NCBI GenBank assembly: GCA_049472335.1
Contig: JBLIRO010000005.1
Coordinates: 37,708 to 101,707, forward strand
DNA: 64,000 nucleotides
From: a bacterium
GTDB taxonomy: Bacteria > SZUA-182 > DTGQ01 > JAFGSM01
Direction: 5' to 3'
Part shown: positions 9,442-19,900 of the stretch, one piece after another
Position numbering within the stretch: position 1 is the stretch's first letter
Layout of the letters: every line of letters begins with the position of its first letter
Made by a program: the position numbers and the translations under genes
Notes under the pieces: model-generated
The model's database searches: none
Told to the model about the DNA's origin: nothing
Seen by the model: only the letters and a program-made list of their open reading frames with translations

Positions 9442-10221
9442 TCAACCTTTAATCCTTTTCTCATATATGATCCTCAGTCCCTCCAAGGTAAGATATGGAT
9501 CGATCTTGTCAATACATTTAGCTTCTTCCGTGATAACCGAAGCCCATCCTCCAGTGGCCACAACTTTTACTGATCCTCCAATTTCTTTTTTCATCTTCTT
9601 CACTATTCCATTCACAAGGGAAGCATATCCGAAAAAAAGGCCCGCCCTGATAGCATCATCCGTGTTTTTTGCAATGATGCATCCAGGCTTTGCCCATGCT
9701 ACATGTGTAAGACGTTCAGCATTTTCAATAAGTGCGTCTAAGGAAATTCCTATGCCTGGGACAATACAGCCGCCCATAAATTCCCCTTTGTCTGAGATAG
9801 CGCAAAAGGTTGTAGCAGTGCCAAAATCCACTATTATCAAGGGGCTGCCATATTTTTCATACCCGGCAACTGCATTTACAATCCTGTCAGCGCCTATCTC
9901 CCCTGGTTCCGGATAAGACACAGGGAAATATTCTTCAAGTCCAGGCTTGATTTCTAATGGATCGCAACTCAGATAGTTTCTGCACATCTCTTTTAACCGA
10001 TCGGAAAGAGAAGGCACAACACATGAAATAATAGCTCCTTTCACAGACTTTGATTCAATGTGTAAGCTTTGTAATGCAGTCAATACCTTCCATCCGATTT
10101 CATCCGAGGTTTGTTCTTTTCTGGTGAAAAAACGCCAGTCCTTTATCAGGCTGCAGCCATTGAACAATCCCATGAGTATCGTGGTATTTCCTACATCCAG
10201 GGCTAAGAGCAGACCGGACAT
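9442..10221 (-). CDS. coaX: Type III pantothenate kinase
   Basis: LDVGNT, GADRIVN, IVDFGTATT, VATGG. Confidence 0.95.
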   Translation of the reverse strand: MSGLLLALDVGNTTILMGLFNGCSLIKDWRFFTRKEQTSDEIGWKVLTALQSLHIESKSVKGAIISCVVPSLSDRLKEMCRNYLSCDPLEIKPGLEEYFPVSYPEPGEIGADRIVNAVAGYEKYGSPLIIVDFGTATTFCAISDKGEFMGGCIVPGIGISLDALIENAERLTHVAWAKPGCIIAKNTDDAIRAGLFFGYASLVNGIVKKMKKEIGGSVKVVATGGWASVITEEAKCIDKIDPYLTLEGLRIIYEKRIKG

Positions 10222-10853
10222 GAGGAACCCTCCTTAAGCAATTTTTCCCAGTAGTTGGAGATTCGAACTTTTTTCCCTGATAAAAAGATATTGTACCACT
10301 TGTTCATGTATTTAAGAAGCACATCCAGAGTTACAGATGGAGTAATTAAATGCCCGGCTTCATGCGAAAGGGTTGTAACCCGTATTTTTAAGCAAGAAGG
10401 GAAGGATTCGAGATCTCCCCAACAATTAATACCTATTCCTGTTATTAAATAGGCCGGTCTCTCATCCCTTCCTTTAGCCTCAATCAATATTCCGGCAACC
10501 TTTTTTCCGCTAATAAGAATATCATTAGGAGCTTTTATCTCAGGTTTCTGAGGAACGAGATTTGCTATGGTTTCACACACGGCAATTCCGGTCATCCTCT
10601 CAAATAGGGATGCATCCTTTGTTCTGATATTTGGTTTAAGAATAATAGAACAATAAAGACCACCTTCCGGTGAATACCATGAATTCCCTCTTCTCCCCCG
10701 CCCTTTTGTCTGTCTATCCGCCGTGATTACTGTGCCTTCCCGGAATCCATCAAGAGCCAATGAATGCGCCTTTTCATTCGTTGAATCAATCTCTTTGAAG
10801 TTAATCCAGATAACGCCAATCGGCCCTTTTGTTAAAGTAATATCTGAAGTCAT
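10203..10853 (-). CDS. birA: Biotin--[acetyl-CoA carboxylase] ligase (no HTH)
   Basis: IDSTN, QTKGRGRRG, PNDIL..KKVAGILIE. Confidence 0.92.
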   Translation of the reverse strand: MTSDITLTKGPIGVIWINFKEIDSTNEKAHSLALDGFREGTVITADRQTKGRGRRGNSWYSPEGGLYCSIILKPNIRTKDASLFERMTGIAVCETIANLVPQKPEIKAPNDILISGKKVAGILIEAKGRDERPAYLITGIGINCWGDLESFPSCLKIRVTTLSHEAGHLITPSVTLDVLLKYMNKWYNIFLSGKKVRISNYWEKLLKEGSSCPVCS

Positions 10854-10941
10854 AATATTAAAGAACTAACCCGTTTTGCAAACATATGCCTAAAGCTTTG
10901 CATTCACAGTCAGGGTAACAAAGTTGAGTTGATCATCTTGA

Positions 10942-11367
10942 TTATCCATTAAATATTTCTAAGTTTCTTAACATACAAATGTCAATGAAATCTTTAGGAT
11001 TGAAAGTAACTAATGCATCAATTTTAATTGTGGTATCTTTTAAAATCTCTCTTATAACTAAATCAACTAAACTATAAGAATTAACCCCCCTTTTTAGATC
11101 AAATACTAGGTTTAATGCTCTTTCACGATAAGATTCGTCAGACAATATTAGTACATTGGGAGATTTTATATAATTCTCAAATGAGGACAGCCAATTATTT
11201 CGACGAACAAATCGAGTATTAAGAGTCTCATACAATATGGGCCATGGTATTATCAAGTTGTAAATTTTTAAATATTCTTCAAAAAGAATTGCATCATTAT
11301 GATAATTATCTCTTTCGTCATAAAGAGCATACCAAAATCCTGAATCAAATATGACATTTTTTGCCAT
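10942..11367 (-). CDS. PIN-domain (VapC-like) protein
   Basis: VIFDSGFWYAL, ILYETL, SLVD, TFNPKDF acidic PIN motifs. Confidence 0.8.
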   Translation of the reverse strand: MAKNVIFDSGFWYALYDERDNYHNDAILFEEYLKIYNLIIPWPILYETLNTRFVRRNNWLSSFENYIKSPNVLILSDESYRERALNLVFDLKRGVNSYSLVDLVIREILKDTTIKIDALVTFNPKDFIDICMLRNLEIFNG

Positions 11368-11368
11368 T

Positions 11369-11701
11369 TTAAGAATCTTCTTCTATTTCGGATTCTTGAC
11401 CTCCATAACCACTCCACGGTGCAGCTTTCCTTTTTCCGAGCAAAAATCGTCCTTTTATTTTTTCATCTTCCCTCCATATAAGATAAATACGATCTAGTTT
11501 ACTAAAGCTAACATTATCTAATAAATCCTTTTTCAACTCTTCAATTAAATTCTTAGAAAATTCATAATACAAGACAGCTATACTGGTACCGCATTCTTTT
11601 GCTTCGTGATTATCTAACCATGCGTAAAAACCTTCATAATCTCCTTTTACACCTAGGTCATAGGAAATCCAAATAAGTGGCTTCATATATGTTCCTTTCA
11701 A
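11369..11701 (-). CDS. Small hypothetical protein upstream of the PIN gene (ISYDL N-terminus)
   Basis: 110-aa ORF ending 1 nt before the PIN start; function unknown. Confidence 0.6.
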   Translation of the reverse strand: MKGTYMKPLIWISYDLGVKGDYEGFYAWLDNHEAKECGTSIAVLYYEFSKNLIEELKKDLLDNVSFSKLDRIYLIWREDEKIKGRFLLGKRKAAPWSGYGGQESEIEEDS

Positions 11702-11922
11702 ATTTGATGGATAATAATAATTATGTCCTAAAATATATTCACAACAAGTTATAAGAAAGTGTCTAAATTATCTAAAGTGTCAAGTGCCTAAAGTTAAAGA
11801 AAAATTTCTCAAATCAAAAATATTGGCAAGTTTGCTACAGGATTTATTCCAACTTATAGGTTTGCTTTCCAGACACTGCAAAATCACGTGATTTAACTTT
11901 AGATACCTTAACGCGTTTTCTT

Positions 11923-12777
11923 TTAATCTAATTCCAAGCTAAGATCAACTGCAGGAGCGGAATGAGTCAAAGCCCCTATGGAAATCAGATCAACGCCGGT
12001 TTGAGCTATCTCCAGGATATTCTCCAAGTTGATCCCCCCTGACGCTTCAACAAGCATCCTCCCATTGATCATTTTTACGGCTTCAACCATAGCAGGGACA
12101 GGCATATTATCTAAAAGAACTGCCTCTATTCCAAGTCTCAAGCACTCCCCGACCTGTTCAAGGGTCTCAACCTCAACTTCTATACGCCAAAGATGAGGGA
12201 TATTTCTTCTTATCATTTCAACCGCCTTCGTAATACCGCCAGCAAGATGAATATGATTATCCTTGATAAGACAGCCATCGTTAAGACCAAACCTATGATT
12301 TAGCCCGCCTCCGCAGAGTACCGCATATTTTTCAAGGGCACGCAGTCCTGGAGTTGTTTTGCGGGTATCCACAATTCTGGCTTTTGTTCCGGCAACCTTA
12401 TCCACATACTGACTTGTGAGTGTAGCGATTCCGGAAAGTCTTTGTATGAAATTGAGAGCCGTCCTTTCAGCCGCTAAAATTACCCAAGCTTCGGCCTCTA
12501 TGCGGGCAATGGGCTGACCGGTTTTTACTTTTTTACCATCACTGTTCTCTGTCATCCAATTAACAGGAGAATCAGATAAACGATCAAAGGTCTTCGCTGC
12601 AATATCCAGCCCTGCAAGAACCAGGTCTTGTTTTGAAAATATGGTAGCGTAAACCTTTTTTTGACAGGAGGTTATCCCAAAACTGGTCCTGTCCGACCAT
12701 GCCCCGTCCTCTGAAAGGGCATAATCGATCAGTTCATTCAAAACTCTTTTTGATCTAAACCCTGTTTTGAGAAGCAA
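11923..12777 (-). CDS. nadC: Nicotinate-nucleotide diphosphorylase (carboxylating)
   Basis: ERTALN..LSGIAT, DTRKTTPGLR, HRFGL, LIKDNH, LLDNM, EASGG. Confidence 0.97.
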   Translation of the reverse strand: MLLKTGFRSKRVLNELIDYALSEDGAWSDRTSFGITSCQKKVYATIFSKQDLVLAGLDIAAKTFDRLSDSPVNWMTENSDGKKVKTGQPIARIEAEAWVILAAERTALNFIQRLSGIATLTSQYVDKVAGTKARIVDTRKTTPGLRALEKYAVLCGGGLNHRFGLNDGCLIKDNHIHLAGGITKAVEMIRRNIPHLWRIEVEVETLEQVGECLRLGIEAVLLDNMPVPAMVEAVKMINGRMLVEASGGINLENILEIAQTGVDLISIGALTHSAPAVDLSLELD

Positions 12778-15433
12778 TAGAATGGGTTTCCTTCAAATAT
12801 CCATTGACGGTTGTCAAGATCTCTTCAAGTTTTTCTTTCTTTTTATTAAGTTCCAGGGAACGTTCTTTATCCCTCTTTACCACATCAACAGGGGCCTTGC
12901 TTATGAAATCTTCATTTGCCAGCTTTTTATGAAGGACTTCCAGGTCCTTGTTAAGCTTTTTTAATTCCTTTTTCAACCGCTCGGATTCTTCCTTAAAATT
13001 TAACACCTTTTCTAATGGAATGTATATCTCTAATTCAGGCAGTATGGCAGTAGCGGCAGTCTTAGGCCTTATTATTTCAGAACTGCATGTGAGATTCTCC
13101 AAACGTGCCAGCGATTCGATATATTTTGCATGTTTATGAATAATTGCCGCCTTTTCCTGATTATTAGTCTTTACCATTGCTTCCAGTCGGCTCCCTGGTG
13201 AGATATTCATTTCACCTCTGATATTTCTTATAGCTTTGACTATTGACATAAGCAGAGATACCTGGTTATCCGCATCAGGATCATACCATCTTCCATCATA
13301 TGCTGGCCAGGGGGCTAACATAATACTCTCCCCGCTATGGGGGATACTTTGCCAGATATGTTCAGTAAGAAACGGCATAATCGGATGAAGTAGTCTTAGT
13401 CCATATTCCAATACCGTGACAAGCGTTTCCTGCGCTGCCTGACGAGAAAGGGGATCTACTCCGGCAAGTTCATCCTTAGCCATTTCAATATACCAATCAC
13501 AGAATTCATGCCACCAAAACTGATAGAGAAGGTTAGCCATATCGTTGAATCTATATTCTATAAGCATACAAGTAACTTCTTTTATCAGGTTGTTCAGGTT
13601 GTGCAGAATCCATCTGTCCACCAGACTTTCCTGTTTTGGTTTACCAGGGGAAAATCCATCCAGATTTAACAAAACAAACCGGGAGGCGTTCCATATTTTA
13701 TTTGCAAAATGACGATATCCTTCTATCCTCTTTTCAGAAAGGCAAATATCCCTGCCCTGGGCAGTTAAGGCGGTCAAAGTAAAACGGAAAGGATCGGTCC
13801 CATATTTCTCCATCATGAACAGAGGATCTATAACATTTCCCTTGGACTTGCTCATCTTTTGTCCTGATTCATCTCTTACGAGGGCATGAAGATAAATATC
13901 TTTAAATGGGATTTTATCCATAAATTTAATGCCCATCATTATCATCCGCGCAACCCAGAAAAAAAGGATATCGAATCCTGTAACCATTACAGAAGTCGGA
14001 TAAAAGATTTCAAGCTCTTTTGACTTGTCTGGCCATCCTAAGGTAGAAAACGGCCAGAGTGCCGAACTAAACCATGTATCCAAGACATCGGGATCTTGTT
14101 CTATTTTTCCACTCCCACAGTATTTACATTTATCCGGGACGGTTCGGTCCACGGTTATTTCTCCGCAGTCCTGGCAATACCAGGCAGGTATACGATGCCC
14201 CCACCATATTTGCCTTGAAATACACCAGTCACGAATGTTTAACATCCATTCAAAAAATGTGGCTTCCCAATGGGAGGGGATAATCCTTATCCTGCCATTT
14301 CTGACCACCTCCATTGCAGGCTCGGCAAGAGGAGTCATCTTTACAAACCATTGTTTTGAAACCATCGGCTCGATGACCGTATGACAACGATAGCAATGTC
14401 CCACTGAATGCTCATATGGCTCCACCTTGACAAGAAGTTCCTGCTCTTCGAGATCATCGAGCACCCTTTTCCGGCATTTATACCTATCAAGACCTTTGTA
14501 AATACCTGCCTCTTCGGTCATCTGACCTTTTTCATCTATGGCTTTGATCATCTTCAGATCATATTTTCTGCCTATTTCAAAGTCATTTGGATCATGGGCA
14601 GGTGTTATCTTAAGTGCTCCTGTCCCGAATTGTGGATCCACGTAAGAATCTGCAATAATGGGAATCAACCTGCCAGCAAGAGGAAGAATCACTTCTTTGC
14701 CACTCAAGTCCTTATAACGCTGATCCTCCGGATGAACAGCAACTGCGGAGTCACCGAGCATAGTCTCCGGTCTTGTAGTAGCCACAACAATACCATTTTT
14801 ACGATTTGGGAAAGGGTACTTTATATGATATAGATGCCCTTGAGTATTCTCATAGGTGACCTCAAGATCTGAAAGAGCGGTATGACATCTGGGACACCAA
14901 TTGATGATGTAATCGGCCCTGTAAATAAGGCCTTCTTGATAAAGCTGAACAAAAACCTCCTTAACAGCTTCGGAGAGGCCTTCGTCCATAGTAAATCTTT
15001 CTCTGGTCCAATCACATGATGCACCAAGCCTCTTTAGTTGTTCCGTTATCTTGTTGCCCGATTGTTTTTTCCATTTCCATACCCTTTCAATAAACTTTTC
15101 CCGTCCTAATTTATGACGATCTATCCCCTCAGAGACAATCTGTCTTTCAACAACATTCTGAGTGGCGATTCCCGCATGATCGATGCCGAATTGCCAAAGC
15201 GTGTTATTGTCCGCCATCCTTTTCCATCGGACAAGGATATCTTGTAGTGTATTGTTTAGAGCATGGCCCATATGCAGGGAACCCGTTATATTGGGTGGAG
15301 GTATAACAATCGAAAAGTTGGGCCTTCCTTCCTTGATTATAGTCTTGAAAAGTGACTGTTCAGACCAATATTTAAACCACCTGCCTTCTATTTTTTCTGG
15401 TTCATAGGATTTATCCAATCTCTCCTCTACCAT
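12755..15433 (-). CDS. valS: Valine--tRNA ligase
   Basis: PPPNITGSLHMGH, DWCISRQIWWGH, KMSKS, C-terminal coiled coil. Confidence 0.98.
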   Translation of the reverse strand: MVEERLDKSYEPEKIEGRWFKYWSEQSLFKTIIKEGRPNFSIVIPPPNITGSLHMGHALNNTLQDILVRWKRMADNNTLWQFGIDHAGIATQNVVERQIVSEGIDRHKLGREKFIERVWKWKKQSGNKITEQLKRLGASCDWTRERFTMDEGLSEAVKEVFVQLYQEGLIYRADYIINWCPRCHTALSDLEVTYENTQGHLYHIKYPFPNRKNGIVVATTRPETMLGDSAVAVHPEDQRYKDLSGKEVILPLAGRLIPIIADSYVDPQFGTGALKITPAHDPNDFEIGRKYDLKMIKAIDEKGQMTEEAGIYKGLDRYKCRKRVLDDLEEQELLVKVEPYEHSVGHCYRCHTVIEPMVSKQWFVKMTPLAEPAMEVVRNGRIRIIPSHWEATFFEWMLNIRDWCISRQIWWGHRIPAWYCQDCGEITVDRTVPDKCKYCGSGKIEQDPDVLDTWFSSALWPFSTLGWPDKSKELEIFYPTSVMVTGFDILFFWVARMIMMGIKFMDKIPFKDIYLHALVRDESGQKMSKSKGNVIDPLFMMEKYGTDPFRFTLTALTAQGRDICLSEKRIEGYRHFANKIWNASRFVLLNLDGFSPGKPKQESLVDRWILHNLNNLIKEVTCMLIEYRFNDMANLLYQFWWHEFCDWYIEMAKDELAGVDPLSRQAAQETLVTVLEYGLRLLHPIMPFLTEHIWQSIPHSGESIMLAPWPAYDGRWYDPDADNQVSLLMSIVKAIRNIRGEMNISPGSRLEAMVKTNNQEKAAIIHKHAKYIESLARLENLTCSSEIIRPKTAATAILPELEIYIPLEKVLNFKEESERLKKELKKLNKDLEVLHKKLANEDFISKAPVDVVKRDKERSLELNKKKEKLEEILTTVNGYLKETHSIASQNRV

Positions 15434-15448
15434 CCAAAACCTCCCCTA

Positions 15449-17698
15449 TTACCCAGAGCCAGAGCCATGCTTGATATGTTCAATCTCATCACGAATAATC
15501 TTTTCTGCAAGTTCAGGGACCATTCTCTCAACGGCCTTGGTAATTATGTTTGGGGCCGCATCAGCTAATAGTTTCGAAACAACTTCACGATTTTGATCAA
15601 TCTCATCCACAATCATTTTGGCTAGCATCTTATCATCGACAACTTTAGCTATTTGTTCCTGAACCAGTTTTTTGGTCATTTCCGGAATGGACTCTTCGAT
15701 CACCCTGCTCATCTGTTCCTGAACCAGTTTTTTGGTCATTTCCGGAACAGATTCTTCTATTAATTTATTCATTTGTTCCTGAAAAATATGTTTTTGCCAT
15801 GTTTCCGTTTTTTCAGAATCTTGAGAAGTCTTTTCATAAGAAGATTCGGTTTGAGCAAAATTGATATCATGAAAAAAATCTCCCTGAACAGATTTATTAA
15901 AAGCTCCACTTTGGGAAATTTCTTCTTGATCAATCTCATCTTTAGAAGGCTCTGTTTGCAGAGACTTTTCATGAAAGGCTTTCTCTTGTATTAGCTTGGT
16001 GCGTTTTACTGCCTCTTCAACCACTCTTATGGTCTCTGCTAAAGCAGCTTCAGCACTTAGTGATGGCATTGCATCATGATGAGGCTTCTCGGAAATACCC
16101 GCATCTCTAATAGGGGCGGCCTTATCCATATCCGGCTCCACTCTTATCAGCTCTTCGCTCAGAGGCGGCTCTATGCTTGATGAAGGCTCTTCACTTACTG
16201 TGGGATCACCAACCTGTGAAGGCTCTCCACCAAGTGTCCCCTCTCCGCTTGAAGCCGGTTCTTCATTTGTTGTAAGATCACTTATATATAAAGGCTCTTC
16301 GCTTAATGTAGATTCTGCACTCTGAAACATATCCTCACTTAAGTGTGTCCCTTCAAATGGCGACTGCTCCGCTGAAGTACCTTCTTCTCTAACAGGAGTC
16401 TCCCCGCCCAGATCAAGTTCCTCTCCTGCAAACTCTTCACTTAGTAAAGACTCTTCACTTAATGAAGGCTCTTCACTTGCTGTCGGATCACCAACCTGTG
16501 AAGACTCTCCGCTTAAAGCCGGCTCTTCATTTGTTGTAAGATCATTTTCATATAAAGGCTCTCCGTTCAATGAAGGCTCTTCATCTATTCCCGGCTCACT
16601 TATATATGAAGGTTCTCCGCTCTGAGGTGTATCCTCACTTAAAGATGTTCCCTCAAATGGTGACTGCCCCGCTGAAGCACTTGCTTCGCTTACAGGTGTA
16701 ACCCCGCCCAGATCAAGTTCCTCTTCTGATGACTCTTCACTAAGTAAAGGCTCTTCACTTAATGGTGTATCCTCATCAAATGGCGACCGCTCCTCAGATG
16801 TCCCTGCTTCGCTTACAGGATTAACCCCGCCCAGCTCAAGTTCCTCTTCTGACAACTCTTCACTGAGTAAAGGCTCTTCAATTAATGAAGGCTCTTCAAT
16901 TGCTTTCAGATCACCAACCTGTGCAGGTTCTTCGCTTAGTGTCCGCTCTCCGCTTAAAGCCATCTCTTCATTTGTTGTAAGATCATTTTCATATAAAGGC
17001 TCTCCGCTCAATGAAGGCTCTTCATCTATTCCCGGCTTACTTGTATATGAAGGTTCTCCGCTCTGAGGTGTATCCTCACTTAAAGGCGTCCACTCAAATG
17101 GTGACTGCCCCGCTGAAGCACTTGCTTCGCTTACAGGTGTCACTTCGCCCAGATCAATTTCACCTCCTGTCAGCTCTTCACTTAGCAAAGGCTCTCCGCT
17201 TAATAGAGTCTCATCAAATGGTGATTGCTTCTCAGGTATTTCATTATCACTTTCAGGGGCCGATATCCCTTCATCCTGAGAGCCTAAGTTTTGTGTTAAA
17301 GGATCAGAAGCGGCTGACTGTCTCGCAAAATGATATTGCACTGTGCTTAAAAATTTAGATGTTTCAAGTGGCACAGCAAGAACTCTATCCGCTTTGCATT
17401 CTTTTTCTAAAGCAAGCATTGATTCCTGACTTTCTTCATCTGTTTTTTTCACCAGTAAAATAACTGGAAACCGGGCATATTGATTTGAGGATTTCAACTC
17501 CTTACAGAGAGAAATTCCATTACCGTCTTGCATATCTCTATCTATTATTAATAAATCAGGATTTTTTGACTTCACTAATTCATAAAAATCATCCAAATCA
17601 TTTGCAGGCATAATCTCATAATCTGAATCTGTCAGATTCCATTCCACTTCCTTCAATATAGTAATGCTACTGCTTCCCAGAATTATCTTCTTACTCAT
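15449..17698 (-). CDS. RomR-like response regulator (receiver, long acidic/Pro repeat linker, conserved C-terminal helix)
   Basis: N-terminal receiver (PDLLIID); C-terminal VPELAEKIIRDEIEHIK resembles the RomR C-terminus; sits upstream of valS. Confidence 0.7.
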   Translation of the reverse strand: MSKKIILGSSSITILKEVEWNLTDSDYEIMPANDLDDFYELVKSKNPDLLIIDRDMQDGNGISLCKELKSSNQYARFPVILLVKKTDEESQESMLALEKECKADRVLAVPLETSKFLSTVQYHFARQSAASDPLTQNLGSQDEGISAPESDNEIPEKQSPFDETLLSGEPLLSEELTGGEIDLGEVTPVSEASASAGQSPFEWTPLSEDTPQSGEPSYTSKPGIDEEPSLSGEPLYENDLTTNEEMALSGERTLSEEPAQVGDLKAIEEPSLIEEPLLSEELSEEELELGGVNPVSEAGTSEERSPFDEDTPLSEEPLLSEESSEEELDLGGVTPVSEASASAGQSPFEGTSLSEDTPQSGEPSYISEPGIDEEPSLNGEPLYENDLTTNEEPALSGESSQVGDPTASEEPSLSEESLLSEEFAGEELDLGGETPVREEGTSAEQSPFEGTHLSEDMFQSAESTLSEEPLYISDLTTNEEPASSGEGTLGGEPSQVGDPTVSEEPSSSIEPPLSEELIRVEPDMDKAAPIRDAGISEKPHHDAMPSLSAEAALAETIRVVEEAVKRTKLIQEKAFHEKSLQTEPSKDEIDQEEISQSGAFNKSVQGDFFHDINFAQTESSYEKTSQDSEKTETWQKHIFQEQMNKLIEESVPEMTKKLVQEQMSRVIEESIPEMTKKLVQEQIAKVVDDKMLAKMIVDEIDQNREVVSKLLADAAPNIITKAVERMVPELAEKIIRDEIEHIKHGSGSG
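15652..15783. repeat. 60-bp tandem repeat (20-aa QEQMxxxIEESxPEMTKKLV unit)
   Basis: tgttcctgaaccagttttttggtcatttccggaa occurs twice at 60-bp spacing, with a partial third copy. Confidence 0.85.
16180..17225. repeat. Degenerate intragenic repeats encoding SEEP-rich linker (one block duplicated at 441-bp offset)
   Basis: gatcattttcatataaaggctctccg at 16540 and 16981; related block at about 16276; recurrent aggctcttcact motifs. Confidence 0.85.
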
Positions 17699-17833
17699 AC
17701 GTACCTCCCCCCTTATTTTTAATTAGGGTAATGTTATCAATAGATCTATAAAAAATCAAGGTTTAACAAATTATCCTTATATGATAGAATTAAAATACAA
17801 ATTTATACTTTTATATACTTCATCGGCAAGAGG

Positions 17834-18586
17834 ATGACAAAAGAAAGACTGAAACATATTTTAGAACAATTACAAATCGGCCATATGTCCATATCCCAGG
17901 TTCTGGAAGAACTTCGCTTTCTACCATATGAAAAGATCAGGCACGCGAGAATAGACCATCATCGCCTCTTTAGAACCGGTATTCCTGAAGCAATTTTCTG
18001 TGAAGGCAAAACAACGGACCAGGTAAGATCCATAAGTCAAAAAATCCTGAACCGGGGCGGAAACTTTCTGGCCACTCGAGCAAATATTTCCTTATTTGAT
18101 TCAATAAAAGATCTTGACGAAAGAATGGTTTATCATTCACTTGCCCGAATGATAACAATGGTCCAGGAGCCTATCGTTGAGACTAAAGGATCCGTTTTAT
18201 TGATTACGGCAGGAACAGGAGACATCCCGGTTGCAGAGGAGGCAAAGATCACCTGCAATTTTTTAGGCAGCAAAGTGGAAACCCTGTATGATGTTGGGGT
18301 AGCAGGAATTCATCGTCTTTTTGATGAAGAAGAGAAACTTTTTCAAGCCCGTGTAATATGTGTTGTAGCAGGTATGGAAGGGGCGCTTGCCAGTATCGTG
18401 GGGGGGATAACAAAATGTCCGATTATCGCGGTTCCAACAAGTATCGGTTATGGGGCACATTTTCAGGGACTGGCGGCACTTCTTACGATGATAAATTCCT
18501 GTGCACCAGGAATAGCAGTTGTAAATATCGATAATGGATTCGGCGCCGGATGTATGGCTCATAAAATTAACCTTATTGGTGAATAA
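17834..18586 (+). CDS. larB: Nickel-pincer cofactor biosynthesis protein LarB
   Basis: DHHR..RTGIPE, TAGTGDIPVAEEA, DVGVAGIHRL, AGMEGALAS, VNIDNGFGA. Confidence 0.95.
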   Translation: MTKERLKHILEQLQIGHMSISQVLEELRFLPYEKIRHARIDHHRLFRTGIPEAIFCEGKTTDQVRSISQKILNRGGNFLATRANISLFDSIKDLDERMVYHSLARMITMVQEPIVETKGSVLLITAGTGDIPVAEEAKITCNFLGSKVETLYDVGVAGIHRLFDEEEKLFQARVICVVAGMEGALASIVGGITKCPIIAVPTSIGYGAHFQGLAALLTMINSCAPGIAVVNIDNGFGAGCMAHKINLIGE

Positions 18587-18601
18587 AAAGGGCCAAAGAC
18601 A

Positions 18602-19801
18602 ATGAATCTTATATACGCAGATTGTTTTTCAGGAATTAGTGGAGACATGCTATTGGGAGCGTTTATTGAACTTGGAATCGACAAGGATTGGTTACAATCG
18701 GAACTATCTTCTATAGGCATCCCTCCATTTATTTTAGAGATAAAGAAGATCATGAGGGGCGCAATCAATTGCACCCAATGCCGGATTATTGCTCAAGAAC
18801 CTCAAAAGGTCAAAAGGGGTATCAGAGAGATTTCAGAACTTATTAATAAAAGCAATTTAAAACAGACCATCAAGGATCAGGCCTTAAATCTGTTCCTTAT
18901 TTTAGCCGATGTGGAAGCGAAGATTCATAACATCCCTGTCACAGATGTTCATTTTCATGAATTGGGGGCCATCGACACAATTGTAGAGATTATAGGGGTA
19001 CTAATCGGATATGATTTTCTGAATATTGACAGATTTTATTCTTCTCCTCTGCCTCTCGGCCGAGGCATTATTAACACTCAACATGGTCCAATACCTATTC
19101 CTTCACCTGCGACAGTTGAGCTGCTTAAGGATCTACCTGTTATTTTTACCGACAGTGAACATGAGTTGGTTACTCCCACTGGTGCATTACTTATAAAACA
19201 TCTTGCAAAAAAAATCGAACTTCAACCTAAAATGGTAATAAAAAAAATTGCTTATGGAGCCGGAGAAAGGGATCTTAATGAAAGGCCGAACTGTCTAAGA
19301 CTCATTTGGGGTGAAACAGATAATAATCTGGAAGAAGAATATATAGAAGTAATTGAATGTGAAATAGATGATATGAATCCGGAATTTTATCCTAGATTAA
19401 TGGAAGGCCTTATCAATTCCGGTGCATTGGATGTGACACTTTCTCAAATAATTATGAAAAAAGGAAGGCCCGGCGTAAAGGTAACAGTTTTAAGTGCGAT
19501 TGACTCAACAAAACGCTTATCCGAGATACTCCTCACGGAAACCTCGACTATTGGTTTAAGAATAAATAAAGTTAAAAGATTTAAGGCTTCAAGAAAGGTT
19601 ATAAAAATTCAAACCCAATATGGCCCTGTGAAATGCAAATGTGCATGGAAGGGCGACGATCTTATAAATATTGCACCGGAATTTGAAGATTATTCCAAAA
19701 TTTCCCGAATATATAATAGGCCGATAAAATTGGTTTATCAGGAGATCATTGCGGAGGCTCTGAAACAAATTGTAAATCTTATTGACAATAATGAAAGATA
19801 A
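18602..19801 (+). CDS. larC: Nickel insertion protein LarC
   Basis: DCFSGISGDMLLGA, VHFHELGAID, ELVTPTGA, IDDMNPE, MKKGRPG, PEFED. Confidence 0.95.
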   Translation: MNLIYADCFSGISGDMLLGAFIELGIDKDWLQSELSSIGIPPFILEIKKIMRGAINCTQCRIIAQEPQKVKRGIREISELINKSNLKQTIKDQALNLFLILADVEAKIHNIPVTDVHFHELGAIDTIVEIIGVLIGYDFLNIDRFYSSPLPLGRGIINTQHGPIPIPSPATVELLKDLPVIFTDSEHELVTPTGALLIKHLAKKIELQPKMVIKKIAYGAGERDLNERPNCLRLIWGETDNNLEEEYIEVIECEIDDMNPEFYPRLMEGLINSGALDVTLSQIIMKKGRPGVKVTVLSAIDSTKRLSEILLTETSTIGLRINKVKRFKASRKVIKIQTQYGPVKCKCAWKGDDLINIAPEFEDYSKISRIYNRPIKLVYQEIIAEALKQIVNLIDNNER

Positions 19802-19900
19802 TATTATAATTTCCGATTATTAAAATATTTAATAATTATAAATATCGATAAATCAACAGGTTAAATAAAGCTATCTGATAAAGTTTAGGAGATGTAGGAT

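Noticed and set aside
16180..17225. Repeats suggestive of a CRISPR array
   Set aside because: Degenerate, in-frame coding repeats without constant repeat-spacer structure; the same applies to 49140-49500.
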